64,000 bases of DNA from an uncultured Bacteroidales bacterium (GCA_963823285.1 CAWGKX010000008.1:19166-83165), one strand, 5' to 3'; shown: positions 41,646 to 51,794, numbered from the stretch's first letter. Numbers and translations are program-made. Notes: a model not told the origin generated them from the letters alone.

Positions 41646-42872
41646 ATGAAAAGAAAGACGGTCATCATTATTTCCATTATTATCCTCGCCATATGCGGCA
41701 GTGATCATTTATTTTTCTCCTGGCAGGAAAAAACAACGCTTACGCCTGGAAAACAGTGCCTGTCGCAAAAGGGAAGATCATCATCCTGGTAAAATCGACG
41801 GGGACCATTGATGCGGATACGACCGTGGATGTCGGGACCCAGGTCACCGGGACCATATGGAAGCTTTATGCCGATTATAATTCCGTGGTGAAAATCGGGA
41901 GATATCATCGCGGTACTTGATACGACTTTTCTTTCCGCATCGAGGATAGATGCACAGGCCACCCTGGAGAGGGCCCAGGCCCAGCTTGACCAGGCCCAGC
42001 GCGATTACGACCGGAATAAGATATTGCTGGATGAAAAAGTCGTCGCGCAATCGGATTATGAAACTACGCTCACCGCGCTTGCAGTTGCAAAAGCGGCCGT
42101 CACTTCGGCCAGGGCAGAGCTTAACCACGCCAAAGTCAACCTGCAGTATGCCGTGATCCGCGCCCCCGTCAACGGCGTTGTTATTTCCAGGAATGTGGAG
42201 CTCGGGCAGACCGTTGTTTCGAGCTTTAATACCCCTACCCTCTTTTCCATCGCGAACGACCTCACGCGGATGCAGGTCCAGGCCAGCGTCGATGAAGCGG
42301 ATATCGGCCAGGTTCAGCCCGGCCAGAAGGTCTCATTCACAGTCGACGCTTACCCGGACGAAATATTCAAAGGCGTGATATCCCAGGTAAGGCTCCAGCC
42401 CGTCATGGTCCAGAATGTCGTGAACTATGTCGTGATCATCAATGTCCCCAATCCTGAAATGAAGCTCAAGCCTGGACTGACGGCCAACATCAGCATCAAT
42501 GTCAATGAGCATGACGATATCCTGAAAGTCCCGTCAAACGCCATTTCCTTCAATCCGCCCGACGATTACCTGAAAAAAATGAGCAACATACCTGATTCGG
42601 TCAGAGCCGGCCTGAAAAAATCAGGCACGCAGACTATGGATGAAAATACGGGTGAATTTATAAAACAGAAAACCGCTTATGTCTGGGTAAAAAAAGGACA
42701 GGAAATTTATCCCGTGAAAGTTACGACAGGGCTGTCGGACGGCAATTTCACCGAAATTTCGGGCAATATCAATGAAGGCGAAGAAGTCGTGACAGGACTG
42801 GGCACGGCGGGAAAATCCGCCAAGGCTTCCAGGAGCCCGTTCATGCCGCAGTTCCCGGGTGGAAAAAAATAA
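41646..42872 (+). CDS. MacA-like efflux periplasmic adaptor (5' frameshifts)
   Basis: ATG 41646 MKRKTVIII; VDVGTQVTG; IRAPVNGVVISRNV; VDEADIGQV. Confidence 0.85.
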
Positions 42873-42881
42873 TGATACCTG

Positions 42882-43640
42882 ATGGCGGAACAGATCATAT
42901 CGGTTACTGACCTGGTAAAAGTCTATCACATGGGCGACGTGGAAGTTCATGCTTTGAGGGGAATATCGCTTTCAATCAACAAGGGGGAGTACATGGCCAT
43001 TATGGGGGCAAGCGGATCCGGAAAATCGACCTTTATGAACATCCTGGGATGCCTTGACCGCCCGACAAGGGGTGATTATTTCCTGGACGGAATCAATGTG
43101 AATACTTACAACAAGAACCAGCTTGCGGAACTGAGAGGCAAGAAGATCGGCTTTATTTTCCAGTCATTTAATATCCTCGCCCGGACCTCCGCACTCGACA
43201 ATGTGGAGCTGCCCCTTTTGTATAACCGGAATGTCAACAGCAAAGAAAGAAAAGAAAGGGCGTACAATGCGCTGAAATCCGTTGGCCTCGCCGACCGGGC
43301 GCGTTCAATGCCCAACCAGTTGTCGGGAGGCCAGCAGCAAAGGATTGCCATTGCCCGCGCCCTGGTAAATGAACCCGTCGTCATCCTGGCCGATGAACCT
43401 ACCGGCAACCTTGACACAAGGACCAGCTACGAGATCATGGAAATTTTCCAGTTGCTGAACGAGAACGGAAGCACCATTGTCATGGTCACCCATGAAGCCG
43501 ATATCGCCCTGTTTGCGCGAAGCAACGTCATATTCCGGGATGGAAGGATCATAGCCAACAACCCGGTAAAGGCGCGCAAAATTGCATCGGAAGAATTGCC
43601 TAATTTACCGGACATAGAAGAGGACCCCCAAAAACAATGA
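42882..43640 (+). CDS. ABC ATP-binding protein (MacB/LolD type)
   Basis: [31 protein letters not shown]. Confidence 0.95.
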   Translation: MAEQIISVTDLVKVYHMGDVEVHALRGISLSINKGEYMAIMGASGSGKSTFMNILGCLDRPTRGDYFLDGINVNTYNKNQLAELRGKKIGFIFQSFNILARTSALDNVELPLLYNRNVNSKERKERAYNALKSVGLADRARSMPNQLSGGQQQRIAIARALVNEPVVILADEPTGNLDTRTSYEIMEIFQLLNENGSTIVMVTHEADIALFARSNVIFRDGRIIANNPVKARKIASEELPNLPDIEEDPQKQ

Positions 43641-44857
43641 GAATCTCCAACCTGATAAAAGTCGCCCTGCTTTCCCTCAGCAAAAATAAAATGAGGACTT
43701 TCCTGACCATGCTGGGCATCATCATCGGCGTGGCTTCCGTGATTGCCATGCTGGCTATCGGGCAGGGATCGAAGCATTCGGTGCAGGAATCCATTTCCAG
43801 CCTGGGAACCAACAGCATCCTGATCTTCCCGGGTTCGTCGAACCAGGGAGGCGTCAGGGGCGGAGCAGGATCCACCTCCACGCTGACCGTAGACGATGCC
43901 GATGCCATCAGGGAAAGATGCAACCTGGTCGATCATGTATCTCCCGTCGTGCAGCGCAGGGTGCAGGTGATCTCCGGCTCGCAGAACTGGAATACGCTTA
44001 TCGTAGGCGGCCTTGACGACTACTTCTATATACGCAACCTCGAGCTGGAATCCGGGAACGAGTTCACGGAAACCGATATGAGGGCTGCGGCCAAAGTTTG
44101 CGTTGTGGGCCAGACAGTCATTACAAGCCTTTTCGGGGAAGGCGCCAATCCTATCGGGCAAACCGTCAGGATCAACCAGATCCCTTTCCAGATCATCGGG
44201 ACGCTTGTGAAAAAGGGCCAGAATACATTCGGGCAGGACCAGGATGATATCATCATCGCCCCCTTTTCCACGGTACTTAAGAGACTGGTCAATACGCCCA
44301 ATATCAACATGATCATTGTATCGGCCGTCAGCCAGGACGACATTGATGCGGCAACCGCGCAGATCAGGCCGTTACTGAGGGAGATGCACAAACTGCTTCC
44401 CAATGACGAAGATGATTTCACCATACGCACGCAGGCTGATATAGCGAATATTTTCGGAAGCATTTCCAAGGTCATGACTGTTCTGCTTGCCGCCATAGCC
44501 AGCATTTCCATCGTCGTTGGCGGGATCGGGATCATGAACATCATGCTGGTATCCGTCACCGAGCGGACACGCGAGATCGGCATCCGCATGGCAGTGGGCG
44601 CCAAAGGCCGCCACGTCCTGATGCAGTTCATGATCGAGGCCATATTTATCGGGATACTCGGGGGGATCCTGGGCATCATTCTCGGTGTGATCGTTTCTGT
44701 AGTAGTGGCAGACGCGGCAGGATGGCCCATCTCCATCACTTTCTTTTCAATTTTTCTTTCCTCTGTCTTCTCCGTGGCAGTGGGAATATTTTTCGGCTGG
44801 TACCCTGCGCGCAAAGCGGCAAGCCTGGATCCGATCGATGCATTGCGGTACGAGTGA
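43637..44857 (+). CDS. MacB/FtsX-type ABC permease
   Basis: LTMLGIIIGV, SVTERTREIGIR, PARKAASLDPIDALRYE. Confidence 0.95.
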   Translation: MRISNLIKVALLSLSKNKMRTFLTMLGIIIGVASVIAMLAIGQGSKHSVQESISSLGTNSILIFPGSSNQGGVRGGAGSTSTLTVDDADAIRERCNLVDHVSPVVQRRVQVISGSQNWNTLIVGGLDDYFYIRNLELESGNEFTETDMRAAAKVCVVGQTVITSLFGEGANPIGQTVRINQIPFQIIGTLVKKGQNTFGQDQDDIIIAPFSTVLKRLVNTPNINMIIVSAVSQDDIDAATAQIRPLLREMHKLLPNDEDDFTIRTQADIANIFGSISKVMTVLLAAIASISIVVGGIGIMNIMLVSVTERTREIGIRMAVGAKGRHVLMQFMIEAIFIGILGGILGIILGVIVSVVVADAAGWPISITFFSIFLSSVFSVAVGIFFGWYPARKAASLDPIDALRYE

Positions 44858-45045
44858 AGCAGGGAAGCTTAGAGGCAGTTCAAAGTTCAAAGTTCAAAGT
44901 GCAAAGTGAAAGAACGCAGGGGAGCAGGGAAGCAGGGGAAGCGGGGAAGAGGGGACAAGGAGACTGGGAGACTGGGAGACCGCCGACCGCTGACCGTCGA
45001 CCGCCGACCGTCGACCGCTGACCGCCGACCGCCGACCGCTGACCG
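44857..45045. repeat. Composite array of AAAGTTC, GGAAGCRG, GGAGACTG and GACCGCC/GACCGYY repeats
   Basis: Read directly; abuts the integrase tail of locus B. Confidence 0.9.
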
Positions 45046-45051
45046 GGGTTT

Positions 45052-45108
45052 ATCACTCAAAACAGGGCCTTGAAAAATAATACTCCTGTTGATAATCCTG
45101 ATATTTAA
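45052..45108 (+). pseudogene. Degenerate tyrosine-recombinase C-terminal tail (locus B)
   Basis: Translates ITQNRALKNNTPVDNPDI*; same length and register as 34001-34057. Confidence 0.65.
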
Positions 45109-45317
45109 ATTGATTATATTTGAAAGGATTAACCAAGGCCATGAGGAAAGATTACATTTATAATTACCGGGCAGGAAGTATCAGCTATTACATATAAAGT
45201 CGGATATGAAGATTGTATATGCAAGACACAATACTATCGGAAATTCGAAGAGTAAATGCAATTATTCAATCCCTGGATTATAAGTAAATGGAATACCATT
45301 AGCCGTGGGTTGTAGGC
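45109..45317 (+). mobile_element. Conserved leader ending in an attI-like core GTTGTAGGC (locus B)
   Basis: Paralog of 34058-34257; GTT at 45309, exactly 200 bp after the integrase stop, as in locus A. Confidence 0.75.
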
Positions 45318-45338
45318 AAAATTAAAAAAAGTCTCACA

Positions 45339-45926
45339 ATGAAATATTTGATAGCTATTTTATTGATTCTGTTTTCTTTATCAATTGTGAAAGCTCAAAC
45401 AGATGAAAGTATAATAAATGAATTATTCTTTGATTTATTTGACCCTTTATCTTTTAATTTACTGGATAACCAGATTGATACATTGCTAATTAGCTCAACT
45501 ATTTATAAAACATACTTTGATTACGATTCTGTTAAATTTGAGAGTGCGACTGGTCTAAAAGTTCCAATGGGAATAATTTCAGACTGGAAGAAAAATATGG
45601 AATCTGACAATTATAGCTCTTCTTGGAATGAAAAGGAGCTAAATAAAATTGACACAATTTTTACAGGAAAGGACACCGTTTTTGCAAAGAAACCATTTGT
45701 TAAGTGCTTATCTCAGAGTGAAGAAAAATCACTGTTTGAAAAAACAAAAACAAGACAGCCAATTTATTCAATAAGCAAAATACTGTTTGATGATTCAAGG
45801 GAAAATGCCATATTTGATTTCTTATATACTCCTTGGCCTGGCGATGTAAGTGGATATAAGATTTTTATAAAAAAGGTATTTGGAAAATGGGTGATTATTA
45901 CGAGATTTAATTATTTTATGACTTAA
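45339..45926 (+). CDS. Cassette-borne hypothetical secreted protein
   Basis: Signal peptide, AT-rich, bounded by GTTGTAGGC and GCACACAAC (7/9 complementary). Confidence 0.7.
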   Translation: MKYLIAILLILFSLSIVKAQTDESIINELFFDLFDPLSFNLLDNQIDTLLISSTIYKTYFDYDSVKFESATGLKVPMGIISDWKKNMESDNYSSSWNEKELNKIDTIFTGKDTVFAKKPFVKCLSQSEEKSLFEKTKTRQPIYSISKILFDDSRENAIFDFLYTPWPGDVSGYKIFIKKVFGKWVIITRFNYFMT

Positions 45927-45934
45927 AAAATTCT

Positions 45935-46067
45935 GCACACAACATCATGTATAAAATATTGCCGGTTCATCGGTTAATTAAAGGTTGTTTCCCGCATTAA
46001 GTTTATTGTATCTTGACAGGGAATCGCACCACAATCGACTACTTTTAATACATGTATCGTTGTAGTC
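45935..46067 (+). mobile_element. Complete attC-like site (133 bp)
   Basis: ACAAC...GTTGT cores; CATGTATAAAA pairs with TTTTAATACATG with one extra base, like an attC extrahelical base. Confidence 0.75.
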
Positions 46068-46086
46068 AATTGAAATACAAACAAAT

Positions 46087-46589
46087 ATGATAACTGAAAA
46101 AGCTCCTAATGTTAAAAAACTAGTGGATTACAAAATTCCATTTGTGTTAAGAGATTTAGAAATGGGCTTTAATTCAGCATCCCGAGAAAGAAGCACTTTA
46201 GAGAAATTAAGATACTGGCAGATAATTATTACTTCTGCACTAATTACTTTTTTAATCGGAAATAAAGAAGTTTCAGTGTATTTCTCATTGATTATTCTAA
46301 TCATGAATTTGGTAATTTTTTATATAGAGTTAGGCATTAAATGGCAAATCTTTCTAATAGGTAAAAAGACCGGCGAGCAAGAGAGGCTATTGGAAACAGA
46401 ATCTGATGAAAAATTCGAAGAAAACATAATCAAATGGAAATTTGGAACAGGAATATCAAACCCTTATTATTATAAGACATAAAAGTTATTTTTAAAGAAT
46501 TAATATGGAAACGAAGTATCATACCTTGGTGTTTATTATTAATAACTCTCTCAATTCTACCAATAATATTACAAGTTTTTATAGTTTAA
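46087..46589 (+). CDS. Cassette-borne hypothetical membrane protein (frameshift ~46470)
   Basis: Two TM helices in 46087-46482; a further hydrophobic segment ends at TAA 46589 in another frame. Confidence 0.55.
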
Positions 46590-46593
46590 TCAA

Positions 46594-46920
46594 CTGACCA
46601 CATTCGCGCAGCACCCAGGCCGGCCAAGGGAATTACACGATTGTTCCGCCAGCTGGCGGACGGGCGCCAAAAGATCCCTCTCCGCCAGCCGGCGGATTCG
46701 GGATGACGCAAAATCGAGAGATCAATGAGGCGGCGCGGCACACCTTAAAAAAGTAACAATGGGGTGCCGCGCCGCTCCTGTTTTTATCAGCCAGGCACGT
46801 CATCCCGATCCGCCGAAGGCGGAGAGGGATCTGTTTGCAAAATGTTTTGTAAATTTATAACTTTACTCTCTGTGCCTGGCCGGCCAAAATCCCGCGCCAG
46901 GTCGCTGCGCTCGAGCCTTT
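46594..46920 (+). mobile_element. Degenerate attC-like site with nested REP-like palindromes
   Basis: GCGCAGCACCC...GTCGCTGCGC outer arms; AGATCCCTC...CGGGATGACG / CGTCATCCCG...GAGGGATCT; inner GCGGCGCGGCAC/GTGCCGCGCCGC; homologous to 34873-35170. Confidence 0.65.
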
Positions 46921-46969
46921 TCACCCCTTTTGAAAAAAATATTTTACCATACTGCGAATAAATTTTTTT

Positions 46970-46999
46970 TGTACGTATATTTGTACTTTATTTTGTACA
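46970..46999 (+). promoter_or_regulatory. Probable YefM-YoeB operator: three TGTAC boxes at 12-bp spacing
   Basis: TGTAC at 46970, 46982 and 46994; yefM-yoeB operators are known to use TGTACA hexamers. Confidence 0.65.
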
Positions 47000-47014
47000 G
47001 AAAGGAATATTATT

Positions 47015-47269
47015 ATGTTAACAACAACAATTTCCGAATTCCGAAAAGATATCAAACGGTATTTGGACAATGTGACTCGAAACTTTGAAACTCTGATTAT
47101 TAATCGTGGAAAAGACACAGGTGTCGTAATCATGTCTTTGGAAGAATATAATTCCCTGAAGGCAACCTATCATGAATTATCATCCAAGATTAATGAACAA
47201 AGGTTGGATTCAGCTATTGAGAAACTGAAAAATGGATCCTCTTTCCAAAAAGGCCTGATTGAGCCATGA
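47015..47269 (+). CDS. yefM: Phd/YefM antitoxin
   Basis: TTISEFRK...LIINR...VVIMSLEEYNSL; overlaps the toxin start. Confidence 0.9.
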   Translation: MLTTTISEFRKDIKRYLDNVTRNFETLIINRGKDTGVVIMSLEEYNSLKATYHELSSKINEQRLDSAIEKLKNGSSFQKGLIEP

Positions 47270-47523
47270 AACTTATATTTGTGGATGAGTCCTGGGAAGA
47301 TTATCTGTATTGGCAAAAAACCGACAGAAAGATATTGGATAGAATTAATAATTTGGTAAAAGACATTTCTCGAAACCCTTACACTGGCCTTGGAAAACCA
47401 GAGTCATTAAAATATAAGTACCAAGGATATTGGTCCCGTAGAATAACAGAGGAACATCGATTAATTTACAGAGTTTATAATGACGAGATTCATATTGCTA
47501 AATGCCGTTTCCATTACGATTAG
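47266..47523 (+). CDS. yoeB: Txe/YoeB toxin
   Basis: WEDYLYWQ, GLGKPESLK, WSRRITEEHRLIY, CRFHY. Confidence 0.95.
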   Translation: MKLIFVDESWEDYLYWQKTDRKILDRINNLVKDISRNPYTGLGKPESLKYKYQGYWSRRITEEHRLIYRVYNDEIHIAKCRFHYD

Positions 47524-47538
47524 ACACAAATCAAAAAC

Positions 47539-47709
47539 GGCTGGTAACGATCGCAGCGCCCTGCCCGGGAGAAAAAAGTCGTCAGTCATTAGTCGTTAGT
47601 CTTTAGTCATTAGTCTTTGATTTTGAGTTAATTTTAGACTGCCGGCTAATGACCAGCGACTAACGACTAAAAGGAACGGGCGGGGGCGCTGCAATCGGCC
47701 GTTACGGGG
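47539..47709 (+). mobile_element. Complete attC-like site with a heptamer-repeat hairpin in its loop
   Basis: GTAAC-GATCGCAGCGCCCTGCCCG ... CGGGCGGGGGCGCTGCAATC-GGCC-GTTAC; internal TTAGTCN repeats pair with NGACTAA-type repeats. Confidence 0.8.
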
Positions 47710-47763
47710 CATTTTAAAAGGAATGAAATATTAATTTTGTCCAAATAAATAACCAAACCGGAT

Positions 47764-48365
47764 ATGAAAATACTATTTACAATTTTAATAGGATTATTTC
47801 TATCAATCACAGGTTACTCACAGACTTGTCTGCACGAAGGAATTATATTTACAACACAATATCAAATCGACAGGTTTCAGATAATTTATCCAAACTGTAC
47901 TGAGATGAAGGCAGCGTAGCAATCAGTGGAGAAGATATTACCAACTTAAACGGATTAAGCGTTTTAACTTCAATTGGGGAATACCTTATAATAGAAAATA
48001 ACAAAACACTTACCAGCCTGTCAGGATTAGAAAGTCTGGTATCAATCGGGGGAGACCTTAAAATTGGAACTTATTCCGGAAATCCAGTCCTGACATGTGG
48101 AGTCGGATTTGAAGATCCGGGAATACCGGAAAGCCTGATCTGCGTTTATCCTAATCCATCCTCTGCACAAATCACTATTAAAACCGAAATCCCGTTAAAT
48201 CAAGGGTTACTTCGAATTTTCAGCATGAGTGGTCTTGAACTTAATCATTACCATGTCACTACACCTAAAATGGTCATTGATATCGGTTATTTGCCAGCAG
48301 GAGTTTATTTTCTTCAGCTAATAACTGATAATCAAGTTACAGTAAAGAAAATTATCAAAAAATAA
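47764..48365 (+). CDS. Cassette-borne L-domain/LRR-like protein with T9SS CTD (frameshift ~47905; absent from the ORF track)
   Basis: MKILFTILIGLFLSITGYSQTCL..., then ITNLNGLSVLTSIG / LTSLSGLESLVSIGG, VYPNPSS, LPAGVYFL, KKIIKK*; followed by GCCGTATAC, an imperfect complement of GTTACGG. Confidence 0.7.
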
Positions 48366-48445
48366 CGCATGCTGCCGTATACGCAAAGTCCGGCCAAAAA
48401 CGTGCTTTGTGCCTGAGCGTCAGCTGGCATCTAATTTCTTCTATT

Positions 48446-48994
48446 ATGAAACAGACTATTATTCTGATACTACCGGGTTGGAAAGATTCAGAACCGGAGC
48501 ATTGGCAAGGTATCTGGCTGAAAAAATACCCCAACGCGATCAAGGTCCGGCAAGATGAATGGATGTTCCCCGAAAAATCGGAATGGGTGAAAACCCTGAA
48601 TGACTATATTGAAAAGTACAAAGAAAACAACATTATCTTCGTCGGGCACAGCTTGGCGTGTGCCACGTTTGCCTACTGGTCGAAGGAGTATTCTGCCGGC
48701 ACATCAGCCACTATTAAAGGTGCGTTGCTTGTCAGCCCGAGTGATATGGATGTTGATGATTTTCCTGAAGAGGTCACGGGTTTTCCACCCATGCCCCTGG
48801 GGCCGTTAAACTGTAAAACAATCGTAGTCGTCAGCGAAAACGATCAATATGTAAGCGTAGACCGGGCCAAATTCTTTGCAAACTCCTGGAAGGCCAGACT
48901 GATCAACATTGGTCCGCATGGACACATAAATGTCGAGGCGGGCTTTGGAGAGTGGCCGGAGGGAGAAAGGCTATTACAGGAACTAATGGAATAA
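48446..48994 (+). CDS. RBBP9/YdeN-family alpha/beta hydrolase
   Basis: LPGW..S...HWQ, GHSLAC, SENDQY, HGHIN...GFGEWPEG. Confidence 0.9.
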   Translation: MKQTIILILPGWKDSEPEHWQGIWLKKYPNAIKVRQDEWMFPEKSEWVKTLNDYIEKYKENNIIFVGHSLACATFAYWSKEYSAGTSATIKGALLVSPSDMDVDDFPEEVTGFPPMPLGPLNCKTIVVVSENDQYVSVDRAKFFANSWKARLINIGPHGHINVEAGFGEWPEGERLLQELME

Positions 48995-49039
48995 AATGAT
49001 AATAGATGACCGGTCAATTTTTACTCCCGAAACGGATAT

Positions 49040-49127
49040 AGTTCGCAGTTCGCAGTTCCCAGTTCGCAGTTCACAGTTCGCAGCTTCCGTGCCCCTGCAC
49101 CCTTCGCCCTATGCCCTTCGCCCTATG
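49040..49127. repeat. Heptamer arrays (AGTTCGC)x6 and GCCCTTC/GCCCTAT
   Basis: Read directly; right boundary of locus B; the lyase stop codon lies inside the array. Confidence 0.85.
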
Positions 49128-50003
49128 ATGCCTTCCTCTAATTGCTGCCGCGCCTGGTTAAGCAGTGCTATGTTCAGCCCGTGCTCAATCCCGTTCTTTT
49201 CACAGTAACTGATCAAAGCAAATGTGTTGAGGTTCCCGACGAGATGGTCATCGGCCATGGGACAGCCGCCAAAACCGCCGGTAACGCTGTCGAAGCGCCG
49301 GACGCCCGCTTTCCAGGCCGCGTCGATCTTGTCATATTCTTCTCCCGGCCGGCGAATGCAGGTGAATGCCGAATTCCACCTCCGGGAAATGTCCTGATAA
49401 TCCTGGAATACACCTTCGTGATCGTCTCCGGCGTAACATTTCCAAGGATATCTGATAACGGAATGACCCTGAGCCCGAGTTCATAAAGATAACCTGCCCA
49501 TTCCTCCACTATCCCCGGATCCCACTTATCGCCGTAAGGATTTCCAAAAGCCATCGTCAGGTAAACGATCAGGCGCTTTTGTCATGCTGATCGCATATCT
49601 CCATCAAATCCATGATGGTCCCTTTCGCCCGGTCGAAATCGGTGTTGAGATTGCGTTTTAAAAATGAAGGCGAAATCGAGAATGGGAATAAGATATCGTC
49701 GATTCTTTCACTTTGAACTTTGAACTTTGAACTTTGAACTGCTTCCATGCCTCCGCGCTTATTTCCTACAAGCACCATGATCCTGCTCTTACTTCCCGAA
49801 ATATCAAGGTTATTCAAGACTTCTGCAGTATCTGCCATCTGGGGGATAGCTTTTTCTGAAACGAAGCTTCCTGCTTCGACCGTATCAAAACCGACTTTGA
49901 GCAAAGAATTTATGATCCTGACCTTCTGATCGGTGGGAATGAACTGGGAGATGCCCTGGAAGGCATCGCGCGGGGTTTCAATTATTTTCAGGTCAAAGTT
50001 CAA
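49109..50003 (-). CDS. HMG-CoA lyase-like DRE-TIM protein (frameshifted; start uncertain)
   Basis: IIETPRDAFQG, GSFVSEKAIPQMADT, MAFGNPYGD, LSD; C-terminus ...GNLNTFALISYCE... in a shifted frame. Confidence 0.8.
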
Positions 50004-50488
50004 AGGGCAAAGGGAAAAGTTGAAGTTATTCAGGGCAAAGTTATTAACAAGACGGGTATTTTTTTAGAATTTACGGATAAACTATAAAATAATCTATTTA
50101 TGGAAGGGCCAGTTTACAAAAAAACAATTGAGTTTTCAATTAGTCTGATCAGCATTTATAAAGAGTTGCTAAGGAACCAGGAGTTTATTATTTCCAGACA
50201 ACTTTTTAGGGCCGGGACCAGCATTGGTGCAAATGTCCAGGAAGCCACTTCCGCTCAAAGCAGGAGGGATTTTATTAATAAAATGTCTATTGCTGCTAAA
50301 GAAGCCAAAGAGACACGATACTGGCTGATAATATTATCAGAAGGAAAAATTATTAATTATGATTACTCCAAGCAAATGAATGATATTGAAGAGATAATTA
50401 AAATCCTCAGCAAAATAATAATAACGGCAAAGAACAACTTAAACACTAATAAACTTTAACTTTTCCCTTTGCCCTTTGCCCTTTGAAC
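49998..50488. mobile_element. Four-helix-bundle gene bracketed by inverted heptamer-based repeats
   Basis: 49998-50027 GTTCAAAGGGCAAAGGGAAAAGTTGAAGTT vs 50452-50488 AACTTTAACTTTTCCCTTTGCCCTTTGCCCTTTGAAC. Confidence 0.6.
50100..50459 (+). CDS. Four-helix-bundle protein (TIGR02436 / 23S-IVP family)
   Basis: QLFRAGTSIGANVQEA, SRRDFINK..IA.KEA.ET.YWL. Confidence 0.9.
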   Translation: MEGPVYKKTIEFSISLISIYKELLRNQEFIISRQLFRAGTSIGANVQEATSAQSRRDFINKMSIAAKEAKETRYWLIILSEGKIINYDYSKQMNDIEEIIKILSKIIITAKNNLNTNKL

Positions 50489-51490
50489 TCACTTCATGTG
50501 CTTCGGGATCCTCCCATTCCTGATTGTCTCCGAGCGCAATCTGCGGCCGACGATCTTTTCCACCATTTTCCCGGTTTCCAGGATACGATCCACATCCAGA
50601 CCGGTATCGATACCCATTTCATCCATCATGACCACCATATCTTCCGTCGATACAAGCCCGACGATCTCCGGGTCTTTGTAATAATATTCGCCGGTACCGG
50701 GAACGGGGACCCCGTCTACGAAGTTGGCCGGCTGGCCCCCGATTCCGCCCATGGTCGATTCATAATTCGTCATACCGGCCTCTAGCGCTGCGAGGACATT
50801 GGCCAGGCCCCATCCGCGGGTGGTATGGAAATGAGCGATGTGTTTGTCGGGTGATCCGAACTTATCGAGGAGCATCGAATAGTATTTGTATACCCGGTCG
50901 GGAGAGGCGGATCCGTCATGGTCGGCATGCTCGACATCAGTAGCGCCGATATCAAACCATCGCTTGGCAAATTCGATAGCTTTCGACAATTCCGTGGGCC
51001 CTTCAATAGGGCATCCCCAGATCGTGCTGACGGTGCCATTTACTTTGAGGCCGGCATCAAGAGCCATCGGTATGTACTTTTCGGCCATTTTAAAGTATTC
51101 TGCAATCGAAATCCCTGAATTAATCCTGTGATGCGATTCGCTCGTGGACACCATCAGGAGGATGCGGTCAGGGCCATAGCCATCTTTACGCGCCTGGATC
51201 GCCCGCTCGATAGCCCTTTCCCGGATAGTGATAGCCGTAAGACTGACTTTATCGATGAGATGTTCCACTTTCTTGCTGTTCCTGAGGCTTTTCATCAGTT
51301 CGTCGGCATCCCTGAACTGAGGCATTCCTTTAGGGTTGCCGTAATTTGTCACTTCGATGTGTTTGAAGCCGCACATTAAAAGTTCTTCTGCCAGCCAGAG
51401 CTTGGCCTCCGTCGGTATGAATTTCTCTTCGTGCTGGAAACCGTCACGGACAGTAATATCGCCTATGGTTACTTTTTTGGGATAATTCAT
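50489..51490 (-). CDS. DRE-TIM metallolyase (HMG-CoA lyase / pyruvate carboxyltransferase family)
   Basis: DITVRDGFQHE, AHFHTTRG, GGIGG, STEDMV. Confidence 0.85.
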   Translation of the reverse strand: MNYPKKVTIGDITVRDGFQHEEKFIPTEAKLWLAEELLMCGFKHIEVTNYGNPKGMPQFRDADELMKSLRNSKKVEHLIDKVSLTAITIRERAIERAIQARKDGYGPDRILLMVSTSESHHRINSGISIAEYFKMAEKYIPMALDAGLKVNGTVSTIWGCPIEGPTELSKAIEFAKRWFDIGATDVEHADHDGSASPDRVYKYYSMLLDKFGSPDKHIAHFHTTRGWGLANVLAALEAGMTNYESTMGGIGGQPANFVDGVPVPGTGEYYYKDPEIVGLVSTEDMVVMMDEMGIDTGLDVDRILETGKMVEKIVGRRLRSETIRNGRIPKHMK

Positions 51491-51496
51491 GCTGGA

Positions 51497-51705
51497 AATG
51501 TTGAATGTTGAATGTTGAATTTTGAATGTTGAATTGTAAGGGGTTTTCTTTTCAGGGTTCTAAAATAAAAAAAATAGTGATATCATTGCACATTAACGGC
51601 TAAGTTGGGGGATTGTTAAATTGTTCCAGGGTTCCAGGGTTCCAGGGTTCCAGGGTTCCAGGTTCCAGGGCTTGTCCTGAATCCGCCGGAGGCGGATGAA
51701 GGATT
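51497..51705. repeat. (AATGTTG)x5, (GTTCCAGG)x6 and a TCCGCCGGAGGCGGA hairpin
   Basis: Read directly in the divergent intergenic region. Confidence 0.85.
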
Positions 51706-51794
51706 CAATTGTTAAAATGTTATGGGGATTATGATAAAATAAGATTCATAAATTTGAACAATGAATAATCGCTATATCACACAAAATATTTGTA

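Noticed and set aside
44722..45021. 99-aa ORF, and similar short ORFs at 46764 and 48996
   Set aside because: These are translations of repeat arrays or palindromes.
48366..49020. YdeN hydrolase as a definite cassette
   Set aside because: The upstream site is short and degenerate (GTC rather than GTT) and no complementary core was found after the stop; left as possible only.
50100..50459. Diversity-generating retroelement or 23S rRNA intervening sequence
   Set aside because: No reverse transcriptase, TR/VR pair or rRNA sequence in the window.
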